From contig CAZFRF010000001.1 of NCBI GenBank assembly GCA_964521295.1, forward strand, positions 577,016 through 641,015: 64,000 nt of DNA. Direction: 5' to 3'. Source of the DNA: an uncultured Gammaproteobacteria bacterium. GTDB lineage: Bacteria; Patescibacteriota; Microgenomatia; Levybacterales; UBA12049. A model generated the notes under the pieces. The model did not search any database, was not told the DNA's origin, and saw nothing but the letters and a program-made list of their open reading frames with translations. How positions within the stretch are numbered: the stretch's first letter is position 1; each line of letters starts with the position of its first letter. This document shows positions 39,239-48,648 of the stretch, piece after piece. The position numbers and the translations under genes are program-made.

Positions 39239-41122
39239 TTAATTTACAACTTCGCCTTCAACTGGTTCTTCTTTTTTTTCTTCGGTTTTCTCTGCGCTAG
39301 GCTGTTCAGCTGCTTGCTCACCAGTTGGTTGATTTTGATACATAGCTTGACCAACTTTTTGTAATGCATCAGAAAGTTCTTTTGTTTTTGTTTCTATATC
39401 TTCTTTCGAACCACTATCTAAAATACCCTTAAGAGCTGCAATTTTTTCTTCAATTTCTTTTTTATCTTCTTCTTTAGCCTTATCTCCTGCATCTTTTAAG
39501 GTTTTTTCAGCTGTAAAGATTAAGCTATCTGCTTGATTTCTAACTTCAATTTTTTCTTTCTTTTCCGCATCTTCTGCTGCATGAGCTTCAGCTTCCTTAG
39601 TCATTCTCTCAACTTCTTCTTTTGTAAGACCAGTTGATCCAGTAATCTTAATTGATTGCTCTTTACCGGTTGCCTTGTCTTTTGCTTTAACATTCAAGAT
39701 TCCGGATGCATCAATGTCAAAAGTAACTTCAACTTGTGGAACTCCTCTTGGCGCTGGAGGAATACCATCCAATACAAATCTACCTAAGGATTTATTATCC
39801 ATTGCCATTGGTCTTTCTCCTTGCAATACATTAATTTCTACTTGAGTTTGATTATCTGCTGCAGTTGAGAAAACCTGAGACTTACTCGTTGGAATAGTTG
39901 TATTTCTTTCAATAAGTGGGGTTGAAACTCCACCCAAGGTTTCAAGTCCTAAAGTTAATGGAGTAACATCCAAGAGCAAAACATCCTTAACTTCTCCGCC
40001 TAAAACTCCGCCCTGAACGGCTGCTCCCACTGCTACAACCTCATCAGGATTAACAGATTTGTTTGGTTCTTTACCAAAGAATTTAGTTACTGTTTCAATA
40101 ACTCTTGGCATTCTAGTCATTCCACCAACTAGAACAACTTCGTCAACCTTAGAAACATCGATCTTTGCATCTTTCAATGCCAGCTCTACTGGTTTTAAGG
40201 TTTTTTGAACAAGTGGATCAACAATTTGCTCTAACTTTGCTCTGGTTAAAGTCATTGTTAAATGAAGTGGTCCATTTGGTCCTTGAGTAATAAATGGTTG
40301 ATTAATCTGTGCCTCTTGCGAGCTAGAAAGCTCAATCTTGGCTTTTTCTGCAGACTCTCTAAGTCTTTGCAATGCCTGAGAATCGCTCTTTAAATCAATA
40401 TTGTTTTCTTTCTTAAACTCTTGGGCTAGATAATCAATAATTGCTTGGTCGAAATCGTCTCCACCTAAATGTGTATCTCCGTTAGTAGATTTAACTTCAT
40501 AAACTCCCTCACCAAGCTCTAAAATTGAGATATCAAAAGTTCCTCCACCAAGATCATAGACTGCAATTGTGTGGGCGTTTTTCTTATCAAGTCCATAAGC
40601 TAAAGCTGCTGCTGTAGGCTCGTTAATAATTCTTAAGACTTCTAAGCCAGCAATTTCACCAGCTTGTTTTGTCGCCTGTCTTTGAGAGTCATCAAAATAT
40701 GCAGGAACTGTAATAACTGCTTGAGTTACTTTGTCGCCAATATAAGCTTCGGCATCAGCCTTAATCTTTTGCAAAATCATTGCTGAAACTTCTTGAGGAG
40801 TATAGGTCTTGCCATCAACCTCAACGACAGCCATTCCATCTCTACCGGACTTGATAGCATATGGAAGCCATTTCATATCAAACTGAACACTATCATCCTT
40901 AAACTTTTTACCCATTAATCTTTTAATAGAAAAGATGGTTGTTTTTGGTTTAAGAACAATCTGTCTTTTTGCTACATCTCCAACAACATGAGACACAGGA
41001 TCAACTACAGATGGGATAACATTTCTTCCTTCTGCACTATGAATAACCTTAGGATTTCCACCCTCCATTACTGCTACTGCAGAATTTGTTGTACCTAAAT
41101 CGATTCCAATTATTTTTGCCAT
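39239..41122 (-). CDS. dnaK: molecular chaperone DnaK (Hsp70)
   Basis: 627 aa. [37 protein letters not shown]. Acidic C-terminal tail. Confidence 0.95.
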   Translation of the reverse strand: MAKIIGIDLGTTNSAVAVMEGGNPKVIHSAEGRNVIPSVVDPVSHVVGDVAKRQIVLKPKTTIFSIKRLMGKKFKDDSVQFDMKWLPYAIKSGRDGMAVVEVDGKTYTPQEVSAMILQKIKADAEAYIGDKVTQAVITVPAYFDDSQRQATKQAGEIAGLEVLRIINEPTAAALAYGLDKKNAHTIAVYDLGGGTFDISILELGEGVYEVKSTNGDTHLGGDDFDQAIIDYLAQEFKKENNIDLKSDSQALQRLRESAEKAKIELSSSQEAQINQPFITQGPNGPLHLTMTLTRAKLEQIVDPLVQKTLKPVELALKDAKIDVSKVDEVVLVGGMTRMPRVIETVTKFFGKEPNKSVNPDEVVAVGAAVQGGVLGGEVKDVLLLDVTPLTLGLETLGGVSTPLIERNTTIPTSKSQVFSTAADNQTQVEINVLQGERPMAMDNKSLGRFVLDGIPPAPRGVPQVEVTFDIDASGILNVKAKDKATGKEQSIKITGSTGLTKEEVERMTKEAEAHAAEDAEKKEKIEVRNQADSLIFTAEKTLKDAGDKAKEEDKKEIEEKIAALKGILDSGSKEDIETKTKELSDALQKVGQAMYQNQPTGEQAAEQPSAEKTEEKKEEPVEGEVVN

Positions 41123-41194
41123 AATATTTTCTCCTTTTTATTATAGTTAATTTTCATCCGGCCCCAAAACAGTTTGGGAAAAACCGGGTGGAAA

Positions 41195-41635
41195 CTAACT
41201 ACTTTTTCCTACCACTACCTGAGCTGGCCTAATAACTGTTCCGTATAAAGTATAACCTGCTCTTAATTCATCTACAACCATATTTTCTTTGCCTTCAGTT
41301 GTTGAAACAACTTCCATTGTTTTTGGATCAAATTCCTTACCTTCTGTTTCTATTTTCTTAATTCCCTCAGCTTCTAAAACATCTAAAAAGTGCTTGATTG
41401 AAACAATAACACCTTCATCTTTAGTATGTTTCTTAGCTAAAATTAAACTATCGAGTCCTGGCAAAAGTCTTAAGATTAAATCCTTATTTGCCATTTTTAT
41501 CCACTCGCTTTTCTCTTGAGCTATTCTTTTTTCTAAATTTTGATAGTCTGCCAAAGCTCTTTTTAATTGATTTTCAAGGTTCTCTAACTCGTTATTATCT
41601 TTTTCTTTTGCTTCGTTTTTCTTCATGTTTACCAT
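41195..41635 (-). CDS. grpE: nucleotide exchange factor GrpE
   Basis: 146 aa. Coiled-coil N-terminus and GrpE C-terminal beta domain. Sits between hrcA and dnaK. Confidence 0.85.
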   Translation of the reverse strand: MVNMKKNEAKEKDNNELENLENQLKRALADYQNLEKRIAQEKSEWIKMANKDLILRLLPGLDSLILAKKHTKDEGVIVSIKHFLDVLEAEGIKKIETEGKEFDPKTMEVVSTTEGKENMVVDELRAGYTLYGTVIRPAQVVVGKSS

Positions 41636-42360
41636 CCCTGTGCAATTTCTTCAATTAGGTTTCCAAAATATCTAACTGTTGGAACAATTGCGGTGTAATT
41701 AAGTCTGGATGGACCTAAGACCCCAATTTGTCCTACTAAATTTCCTGGCGTATGATAGCTTTTGTATACAAATCCATACGGACCATTTAATCTTGGGCCT
41801 AATTCTTCTCCTAATAAAATATGTATATCTTCATCATCTTGCATGCCTGTAAAAAGAGTTCTAAAAAATTCTACTTCATCTACTGCTGTAAGTAGATTTT
41901 TAGTCATTTCGATTTCATAAAACTCTGGCATATCTAGTATATTGGCATATCCTGCACAAAATACATCGCCATCGTTAGTTGTCGTAACTGCTAAAGCTTT
42001 GGTCCTATCTGCCAAGGCCTTAGTAAGCTCCTTCAAAAAATCTCTTTCTCTTTCTCTTAAATCCCAAACTTTTTCCTTAAGCGAAACTTCTTCAGCGACT
42101 GACAATTCTTTTTCCTTCATCAGTTGTCTGACGTAAAATTTCATTCCTTCAGGCGTTGGAACTCTTCCTGCCGAGACATGTAGTTTTTTAAGGTACCCAA
42201 GCTCTGTTAGCCTAACCATTTCATTTCGAATAGTAGCAGGGCTTGCAGACAAATTATGCTTTTTTTCCAAAGTTTCAGAACCAACAGCTTCTGCTGTTTG
42301 GATATATTCTTCGATCAAACTTTTTAAAATATCGACTTGCCTTGCTGTTAAGTCGTGCAT
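41629..42360 (-). CDS. hrcA: heat-inducible transcription repressor HrcA (short form)
   Basis: N-terminal winged HTH LTARQVDILKSLIEEYIQTAEAVGSETL...SPATIRNEMVRLTELGYL. Position at the head of grpE-dnaK. A CIRCE element lies immediately upstream. Confidence 0.8.
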   Translation of the reverse strand: MHDLTARQVDILKSLIEEYIQTAEAVGSETLEKKHNLSASPATIRNEMVRLTELGYLKKLHVSAGRVPTPEGMKFYVRQLMKEKELSVAEEVSLKEKVWDLRERERDFLKELTKALADRTKALAVTTTNDGDVFCAGYANILDMPEFYEIEMTKNLLTAVDEVEFFRTLFTGMQDDEDIHILLGEELGPRLNGPYGFVYKSYHTPGNLVGQIGVLGPSRLNYTAIVPTVRYFGNLIEEIAQGW

Positions 42361-42382
42361 AATTTCAATCCCAAAATTAGGA

Positions 42383-42409
42383 TTAGCAGTAATATATCAC
42401 GACTGCCAA
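42383..42409 (-). promoter_or_regulatory. CIRCE-like inverted repeat (HrcA operator) upstream of hrcA
   Basis: TTAGCAGTA-N9-GACTGCCAA against the CIRCE consensus TTAGCACTC-N9-GAGTGCTAA. The 8-nt arms are inverted repeats with one mismatch. It lies 23 nt upstream of the hrcA ATG. Confidence 0.55.
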
Positions 42410-42420
42410 AATGTTGTCAA
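42391..42420 (-). promoter_or_regulatory. sigma70-like promoter overlapping CIRCE (TTGACA ... TG-n-TATATT, minus strand)
   Basis: Minus-strand reading gives cccTTGACAacattttggcagtcgTGaTATATTactgctaa. The -35 is a perfect TTGACA and the -10 is an extended-type element. The overlap with the operator is typical of CIRCE-controlled promoters. Confidence 0.35.
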
Positions 42421-42430
42421 GGGGGTATTT

Positions 42431-43867
42431 TTACTTCAAATTTAAGATCATTTCGCTCTCATTTACTTTAATTTCCTTAAATAACTTTACGTCAAAATCT
42501 CTATAAAAAGCCTCAAGATGGGCTTTTGTTCCAACAAACCAATTATATTTTTTGTTTAAAATTCCTTTTTGCAAATCTTCTTTATTTATCCAGTACGTTC
42601 TAGTATTTGTATTTGGGAAATATGATAAGGTTTTTCTATCTGAATAGTAAAGCGTCGTTGAAACTAACGGATCAAGTCTAATTATTGTTTCATTGGGCTT
42701 TGTTAAACTTTTTATTTTCTGGGCAGATTTGACTTGCGACACTACTGATGAGGAGTCTAAAATTGGCATGATATTAATAGTTAATGTTCTAAACCATAAA
42801 TATGAACTAACAGAAGTTAATCCTAAAATTAAAACAAAATATAAAATCCTAATTTTTTTAAAATAATTTAAAAGAGAATATACTCCAAATCCAATTAGAA
42901 TTGACCAAAATGGCATCGCTGGAACAAGGTACCAATTGTTATCTTTTACAGTAAGGCTTAATTGCAAAAGTAAAAGCAATGCGTAAGACAAAAGTAGGAA
43001 AAAGACTTTGTTTCTTAATTTTATAAAAGCAAAAAAAATTCCTACTAAAAATAACCAAAAAAACCTACGCTGAAGTGAATAATATACATGCCAAATATAG
43101 TTAGGGTTAAACTTTGAAAGACTAGCTACCCCTTGATCAGATTGAAATAAGTAATAATTAACATAACTACTTCCTGCTTCTAAAAAGCCCAAAAATAACC
43201 AGGCTGCAATAATTCCTACAAAACAAAAAATAAATAATAAATATTGTTTAAAATTTTGCTTGATATTTTTATATTCAAAAATTATTTCTGAAAATATAAA
43301 AATACTTAAAGGAAATAAAACCAAAGATGCTTTAGCTAAATACAAAAAGGCAAATAAGATTCCTAATATTGGATATTTATATTTAAATTTAGTTATTTGA
43401 ATCAAAAAACTAACAAAAATTAAAAATGTAGCCAGTAAATCAAGATTTCCACTTCTTGCTCTCCAAATAAAAATATTGTTCAAAACTAAAGTAAAAAAAG
43501 TAAATATTGCAGGAATTAATGAATATCTTCTATAAACATATAGAGTTGATCCTAAAATAATTATTAAGGCTAATAAAGCAGATGGAAAACGAATAATAAA
43601 TTCTGATAAGCCTGTAAACATTGAGAGAAAAGCAACAATCCACATAAACATTGGTGGCTTATCAAACCAAACCTCATAATTCCAATGTAAAACAATAGGA
43701 TTTTTTAGGATTAGCATTTCTTTTATGGTTTGTCCATAAAAAGCCTCATCCCAGTTTTCCAAATAAGATTTGCCTAGATTAATAAAAAGCAGATAACCTG
43801 CTAACAGAATAAAAAAACTAAAAATTAAAGGAAAAATAAATTTTTGATATTTATTAAAAAACTGCAT
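42431..43867 (-). CDS. GT-C family glycosyltransferase (ArnT / PMT, GT39/GT83-like) membrane protein
   Basis: 478 aa with ~11 TM helices. First periplasmic loop NWDEAFYGQTIKEM...WFDKPPMFMW resembles the DE/D-containing catalytic loop of ArnT/PMT enzymes. Confidence 0.7.
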   Translation of the reverse strand: MQFFNKYQKFIFPLIFSFFILLAGYLLFINLGKSYLENWDEAFYGQTIKEMLILKNPIVLHWNYEVWFDKPPMFMWIVAFLSMFTGLSEFIIRFPSALLALIIILGSTLYVYRRYSLIPAIFTFFTLVLNNIFIWRARSGNLDLLATFLIFVSFLIQITKFKYKYPILGILFAFLYLAKASLVLFPLSIFIFSEIIFEYKNIKQNFKQYLLFIFCFVGIIAAWLFLGFLEAGSSYVNYYLFQSDQGVASLSKFNPNYIWHVYYSLQRRFFWLFLVGIFFAFIKLRNKVFFLLLSYALLLLLQLSLTVKDNNWYLVPAMPFWSILIGFGVYSLLNYFKKIRILYFVLILGLTSVSSYLWFRTLTINIMPILDSSSVVSQVKSAQKIKSLTKPNETIIRLDPLVSTTLYYSDRKTLSYFPNTNTRTYWINKEDLQKGILNKKYNWFVGTKAHLEAFYRDFDVKLFKEIKVNESEMILNLK

Positions 43868-43938
43868 TTATTACGAGTATCTAAATTATAATCTGTTTAT
43901 CCTCTTAAAATGAAGTAGAAAAATGATAAACTAAAAAT

Positions 43939-44274
43939 ATGCGCACCAGAAAAAAATTAATCTACCTTCCAGTCATTTCTCTTGCATCAAGCCTAACTCT
44001 TTTATATATAGTATTTAGCTTTCCTCCTAATTTTTCCTTAAACTTGTCGGGCATTTTATTACCTATTATTCCAATTGTATTTTTATTATTTTTTGTTTTT
44101 ATTTGGTCTTTAGTTGAGTTTATTTTTGCCGATAGAATTCAAGGATTTTTATTTGCAATTTTCCCCACAATTTATTTAGTTTTAAGATTTTTTAAATTAA
44201 ATCAACTTCTTTTTTTGATTTTACTTTTAATTTTATTTTTAGGACTTGAGCTATTTTTTTATAGAAAACATTAA
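43939..44274 (+). CDS. small hydrophobic membrane protein (111 aa)
   Basis: Three predicted TM helices. Could be partly an artefact of AT-rich sequence. Confidence 0.35.
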   Translation: MRTRKKLIYLPVISLASSLTLLYIVFSFPPNFSLNLSGILLPIIPIVFLLFFVFIWSLVEFIFADRIQGFLFAIFPTIYLVLRFFKLNQLLFLILLLILFLGLELFFYRKH

Positions 44275-44312
44275 ATGTTGTTTAGCCATAATTTCTCTGA
44301 TACAATTTCCGC

Positions 44313-45767
44313 ATGAATAAGTTTTATCTAACGACAGCCATTCCTTATGTAAATGCTAAACCGCATGTTGGCCATGCACTTGAATTTGTGCAAGCAGACG
44401 CGATAAAAAGATTTAGACAAAGCTTAGGCGAAGAAGTTTTACTGTTGTCAGGTGCGGATGAAAATGCATTAAAAAATGTTCAAGCAGCAGAAGCAGCTAA
44501 TACTTCTGTTCAAGATTTTATCGATACTCATTCCCAAGAATTTGAAGAACTTGCTAGGCAATTAAATATTAACTTTGATGTTTTTCAAAGAGGCAGCGCT
44601 AAAGAACACCATCTAGCCTCGCAAAAACTATGGGAACTTTGCAATCAAAATGGAGATATCTACAAAAAAACCTATACTGGTCTTTATTGTGTTGGCTGTG
44701 AACTATTTTATGAAAAGGCAGAATTAAATGAAAATGGAGAATGTTTTGAACATCCAGGAAAACCACTAGAAGAAGTCTCTGAAGAAAATTATTTTTTTAA
44801 ACTTTCTAAATATCAACAGCAAATTGAAGACCTAATCTCTTCTAATAAATTAAAAATCTTCCCTGAATTTAGAAAAAATGAAGTATTAAGCTTTCTTAAG
44901 GAAGGCCTTAAAGATATTAGCATCTCAAGAAGCAATGAAAGAGCAAGAAATTGGGGAGTTACAGTACCAAATGATGAAAATCAAAAAATGTATGTTTGGT
45001 TTGACGCATTAAACATTTATGCCTCAGGGGTAGGATTTGAATCAAATCCAGAAATGTATTCTAAATGGTGGCCTGCAGACCTACACATTATTGGCAAAGG
45101 AATTATCAGATTTCATGCAATATATTGGATTGCTTTTTTGCTTTCAGCCAAACTACAACTGCCAAAGGCTTTATTTGTACATGGATACTTCACAGTCGAA
45201 GGACAAAAAATGTCAAAAACACTCGGCAACGTCGTTGATCCGATTGAAATAATTAATAAATATGGGGAAGACGTACTAAGATATTATTTCTTATCTGAAA
45301 TGTCACCTTTTTCTGATGGAGATTTCTCAATTAAAAGACTTGAGGAAGTCTACAATTCAGATCTTGCAAATGGCATTGGAAATCTAGTCGCAAGAGTTGC
45401 AAAACTTTGCGAAACAGCAGGATTTAAAAGCTTAGCAAATCCAAAAAGCATTCATTTAATTGATATCTCTGATGAGTATAAGAACTTATTAGAGGAATAT
45501 AAGCTAAATGAAGCCATAGCGCTAATAAAAACTAAGATAAGCAAATTAGACAAATATATTAACGAGTCCAAACCCTGGGAACTCTTAAAAATTTCCGAAA
45601 ATCATAAAGGCAGAGAGTTAAATTTAATTTTAGCTCATGCTGTAGATCAGATTATTGAAATTGCAATTTTACTCGAACCGTTTACCCCTAAAACATCTGA
45701 AAAAATTAAAACCCAATTCCAACAAGAAGAAATCAAATCAGATAAACCCCTATTTCCTAGAATATAG
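44313..45767 (+). CDS. metG: methionine--tRNA ligase, minimal form
   Basis: 484 aa. Class I HIGH motif as PHVGHA. KMSKS as KMSKT. MetRS connective-peptide and anticodon-binding helical domain. No C-terminal tRNA-binding appendix. Confidence 0.9.
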   Translation: MNKFYLTTAIPYVNAKPHVGHALEFVQADAIKRFRQSLGEEVLLLSGADENALKNVQAAEAANTSVQDFIDTHSQEFEELARQLNINFDVFQRGSAKEHHLASQKLWELCNQNGDIYKKTYTGLYCVGCELFYEKAELNENGECFEHPGKPLEEVSEENYFFKLSKYQQQIEDLISSNKLKIFPEFRKNEVLSFLKEGLKDISISRSNERARNWGVTVPNDENQKMYVWFDALNIYASGVGFESNPEMYSKWWPADLHIIGKGIIRFHAIYWIAFLLSAKLQLPKALFVHGYFTVEGQKMSKTLGNVVDPIEIINKYGEDVLRYYFLSEMSPFSDGDFSIKRLEEVYNSDLANGIGNLVARVAKLCETAGFKSLANPKSIHLIDISDEYKNLLEEYKLNEAIALIKTKISKLDKYINESKPWELLKISENHKGRELNLILAHAVDQIIEIAILLEPFTPKTSEKIKTQFQQEEIKSDKPLFPRI

Positions 45768-45768
45768 A

Positions 45769-45972
45769 TTAAAGTCCCGCGGCGTATGTAGTCAATAAGC
45801 TTGCGATTGTTGGCTGAAGCATGAAACCTAAGATAAAACCAATTGCTAAATCAATAACTGTTAAAATAGCTACTTGCTGAACTGAATAATTTCCATGTAA
45901 TTTAAAACTAGAATACTTTGAAGACCTAGTAGATTTCGTCTTAGCTGCTCTTTTAACTGTCTTTTTTGCCAT
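45769..45972 (-). CDS. small membrane protein (67 aa), Lys-rich N-terminus plus one TM
   Basis: ORF convergent with metG. Basic N-terminus followed by a hydrophobic helix. Low confidence. Confidence 0.3.
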   Translation of the reverse strand: MAKKTVKRAAKTKSTRSSKYSSFKLHGNYSVQQVAILTVIDLAIGFILGFMLQPTIASLLTTYAAGL

Positions 45973-46066
45973 GATTTATTATTGCACTTTAAAAGACCCT
46001 GTTGTCAATAGCTTATAGCAATTATCAATTGACTACAAACCTAATTAGAGCTATACTTCTCATGTA

Positions 46067-46720
46067 ATGACTAGAAAAAATCAAATTATTGCTACTATTG
46101 CTGTCATAGTAATTATCGTTTTAGGCATTGGCGGATATATGCTTTATGGACAAAATTCAAGACAAACAAATAACTCCAATACTCAAACTGTTGCCTCAAC
46201 CAAATCACCATCCTTAGAAGCTTCTATTACAGATTTATTTACTAGCGGACAATCCAAAACCTGCACATTCGATACTAAAACTGACAAAGGCGAAACAATG
46301 GGAACTGTATATGTAACTAAAGACATGGCGAAAGCAGATTTTTCTATGACAGATAATGGGAAGAGTACTAAAACTCATTTAATTAGAAATGGTGACACTT
46401 TCTATATCTGGGGAGATTCTTTTCCTACTGGAATAAAAATGACCATGGACATAAATGACATGGCTTCCAATATGGAATCAACCAACTACGCAGCTTTTAA
46501 TCCAAATGAAAAAGTTAGCTATTCTTGCAAAGATTGGACCGCAGATAATTCACTATTTGCTCCACCAACAAACTTAAAGTTTACCGATATGTCATCGTTA
46601 ATGCCAAAAACAACTGGATCAACAATACCAACTGGTTCTGAAATGCAAACAAATCCTTGTGCATCTATCACAAATCCAGCAGCTAAATCAGCCTGCGAAT
46701 CTGCTCTCAATAACCGCTAA
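46067..46720 (+). CDS. membrane-anchored extracytoplasmic protein (217 aa)
   Basis: N-terminal signal anchor IIATIAVIVIIVLGIGG. Thr/Ser/Asn-rich ectodomain with 4 Cys. Confidence 0.5.
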   Translation: MTRKNQIIATIAVIVIIVLGIGGYMLYGQNSRQTNNSNTQTVASTKSPSLEASITDLFTSGQSKTCTFDTKTDKGETMGTVYVTKDMAKADFSMTDNGKSTKTHLIRNGDTFYIWGDSFPTGIKMTMDINDMASNMESTNYAAFNPNEKVSYSCKDWTADNSLFAPPTNLKFTDMSSLMPKTTGSTIPTGSEMQTNPCASITNPAAKSACESALNNR

Positions 46721-46730
46721 TAATTTTACT

Positions 46731-47360
46731 ATGCACGAATATTCAAAAGGTGTCTTTGATACCTATGCATCGCGAAGAAAAAAAGTTAGACTGGCACTAG
46801 AGCGCTTATACAACGCTTTTGATAAAACCATTGACCCAGGAGATCCTAAACCGCAATTCTATGCTGGAATTGAATTCCCAACTCAAATTAGCAATGCGCT
46901 AGCGGAACAGGGAAGAAACCCTCTAGATATAACAGAAGAAGCGATTCATTTAGGATTAATGATTTTAAGACACAATGTGCACCAACGCTTGCCAGACTCT
47001 TCGATTTCTCTCATAAAAATTGAACAGATTAATCCTGCCAGTCCGCAAGATTTAAATAGGCCTAAAAGGGAAGACGTTCAATTTGATTCAAGAACCGAAA
47101 AAAGACTTAGACATTTTCTACCAGAACATCGATTTCAAGATTGGTTCCTTAGGTCCTTAGCAATCAGAATGAGAATTGACGACATGAATTTACTACATTT
47201 AGGAGAATATAGTCATGAACCACTTGATGCTGGAAAATTAAAAAGATTAATTGCAGACAGAACTCTTACTCCAGTTTTCCTAAGACCATCACCACTTCCT
47301 CAGTCAGAACATATTCAAAGCGATATACCTAGAGGTATGCGAAGAATTTTCCCCAGTTGA
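46731..47360 (+). CDS. hypothetical protein (~209 aa), Arg/Leu/Pro-rich, family not recognised
   Basis: Start moved to the ATG at 46731 (MHEYSKG...), just after the upstream stop. The longer ORF call overlaps the preceding gene. Composition is atypical for this genome. Confidence 0.5.
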   Translation: MHEYSKGVFDTYASRRKKVRLALERLYNAFDKTIDPGDPKPQFYAGIEFPTQISNALAEQGRNPLDITEEAIHLGLMILRHNVHQRLPDSSISLIKIEQINPASPQDLNRPKREDVQFDSRTEKRLRHFLPEHRFQDWFLRSLAIRMRIDDMNLLHLGEYSHEPLDAGKLKRLIADRTLTPVFLRPSPLPQSEHIQSDIPRGMRRIFPS

Positions 47361-47390
47361 CAATGTTTTTTATTATTGTTAAATTAATTA

Positions 47391-47486
47391 AGTCATTAAG
47401 AGAGTCGTAAAAACGACCGACAACCGAGCCCTTTATGGTCGCGGTGCCAAATAAATGAGATCTAAGATAACTTAGATAAAAATTTA
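47391..47486 (+). promoter_or_regulatory. putative SAM-responsive riboswitch aptamer (SAM-I/IV-like) in the metK leader
   Basis: The leader contains gTCATTAAGAGAG (compare SAM-I cUUAUCAAGAGAGG), CGACAACC (compare GGCAACC) and GGTGCCAAAT (compare GGUGCcAAuuCC). A 3-prime AATGAGA can pair with the 5-prime TCATT to form P1. No P4-like hairpin. It is followed by an intrinsic terminator. Confidence 0.4.
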
Positions 47487-47511
47487 CCCTCTCTTGATGA
47501 GAGGTTTTTTT
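47487..47511 (+). terminator. intrinsic terminator / expression platform immediately before the metK start codon
   Basis: CCCTCTC-ttgat-GAGAGG hairpin followed by TTTTTTT (47505-47511). The metK ATG is at 47512. Confidence 0.6.
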
Positions 47512-48606
47512 ATGGATTTTATCTTTACATCAGAATCAGTTTGCAGTGGACACCCAGATAAAATCTGTGATTATATTAGCGATTCCATTTTAGATGAGGT
47601 ATTAAAACAAGATCAATTTGGAAGGGTTGCAATTGAGACTCTAGTTACCAAAAACAAACTAATTATCGCAGGAGAAGTTACTGCTAATGCACAAATAGAT
47701 TTTGAAAAGATTGCTAGAAAAAGAATTAAAGATCTTGGCTATACAGATCCAAAACTAAACTTTGACTACAACTGCGACATTAGCACCTTCATTCAAAAAC
47801 AATCAAACGAAATTGCTAAAGGTGTAAATAAAAAAGGCGCAGGCGATCAAGGAATGATGTTCGGTTTTGCATGTAGAGACACAAAAGAATTAATGCCCTT
47901 ACCAATTACTCTTGCTCATAAACTTGCTCAAAGACTAGATACCGCACGCGAAAAGAAGTTATTAAATTACTTAAGACCAGATGGTAAAACTCAAGTTACT
48001 GTTGAATATAAAGACAATATTCCAGTTAAAATATTACAAGTTGTTGTTGCTGCTCCTCACGCAGAAAACGTTAAATTAGATAGAGTTAAAAATGATATTT
48101 ACAAACACATTGTAAAAGATGTTTTAGCGGAATATGGATTTACTATTGATCATAAAAATTTAATCGTAAACGGCACTGGCGTCTGGCACATGCCTGGGCC
48201 AGCAACTGATACAGGCGTTACTGGCAGAAAAATTATTGTCGACACATATGGTGGATTTGCCAGAGTTGGGGGGGGAGCGTTTAGTGGAAAGGATCCAACA
48301 AAAGTTGATCGTAGCGGAGCTTATGCTGCAAGATTCTTAGCTAAAAATATTGTGCGACATAAACTTGCCGATAAAGCAGAAGTAAGGATTGCATACTTTA
48401 TTGGTGCAAAAAAACCAGTTATGCTAGAAGCGGAAACTTTTGGCACAGAAAAAGTATCTCAAAAAACAATCCACGACTTCATGAACTCTACTCTTGATAC
48501 TTCTGTTGAAGGAATAATTGAGGCGTTAGATTTAAGAAAACCTATCTATTTGAAAACCTCTACGTATGGCCACTTTGGCCGCAGCATTTTTCCTTGGGAA
48601 AAATAA
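47512..48606 (+). CDS. metK: S-adenosylmethionine synthetase
   Basis: Starts MDFIFTSESVCSGHPDK (compare MetK ...FTSESVSEGHPDK). GAGDQGMMFGFA and the GGGAFSGKD P-loop are present. Start trimmed from the ORF call at 47494, which would include the terminator. Confidence 0.9.
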   Translation: MDFIFTSESVCSGHPDKICDYISDSILDEVLKQDQFGRVAIETLVTKNKLIIAGEVTANAQIDFEKIARKRIKDLGYTDPKLNFDYNCDISTFIQKQSNEIAKGVNKKGAGDQGMMFGFACRDTKELMPLPITLAHKLAQRLDTAREKKLLNYLRPDGKTQVTVEYKDNIPVKILQVVVAAPHAENVKLDRVKNDIYKHIVKDVLAEYGFTIDHKNLIVNGTGVWHMPGPATDTGVTGRKIIVDTYGGFARVGGGAFSGKDPTKVDRSGAYAARFLAKNIVRHKLADKAEVRIAYFIGAKKPVMLEAETFGTEKVSQKTIHDFMNSTLDTSVEGIIEALDLRKPIYLKTSTYGHFGRSIFPWEK

Positions 48607-48648
48607 TTATCTTTATAGCTAGATAATGCTATAATTTGAAATATTAAT

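Noticed and set aside
46659-46730. Longer start for the 233-aa ORF overlapping the 46067-46720 gene
   Set aside because: It overlaps the upstream coding region. The in-frame ATG at 46731 lies right after the upstream stop.
47494-47511. metK ORF start at ATGATGAGAGG (MMRGFF...)
   Set aside because: These codons form the 3-prime arm and T-tract of an intrinsic terminator hairpin. The conserved MetK N-terminus begins at the ATG at 47512.
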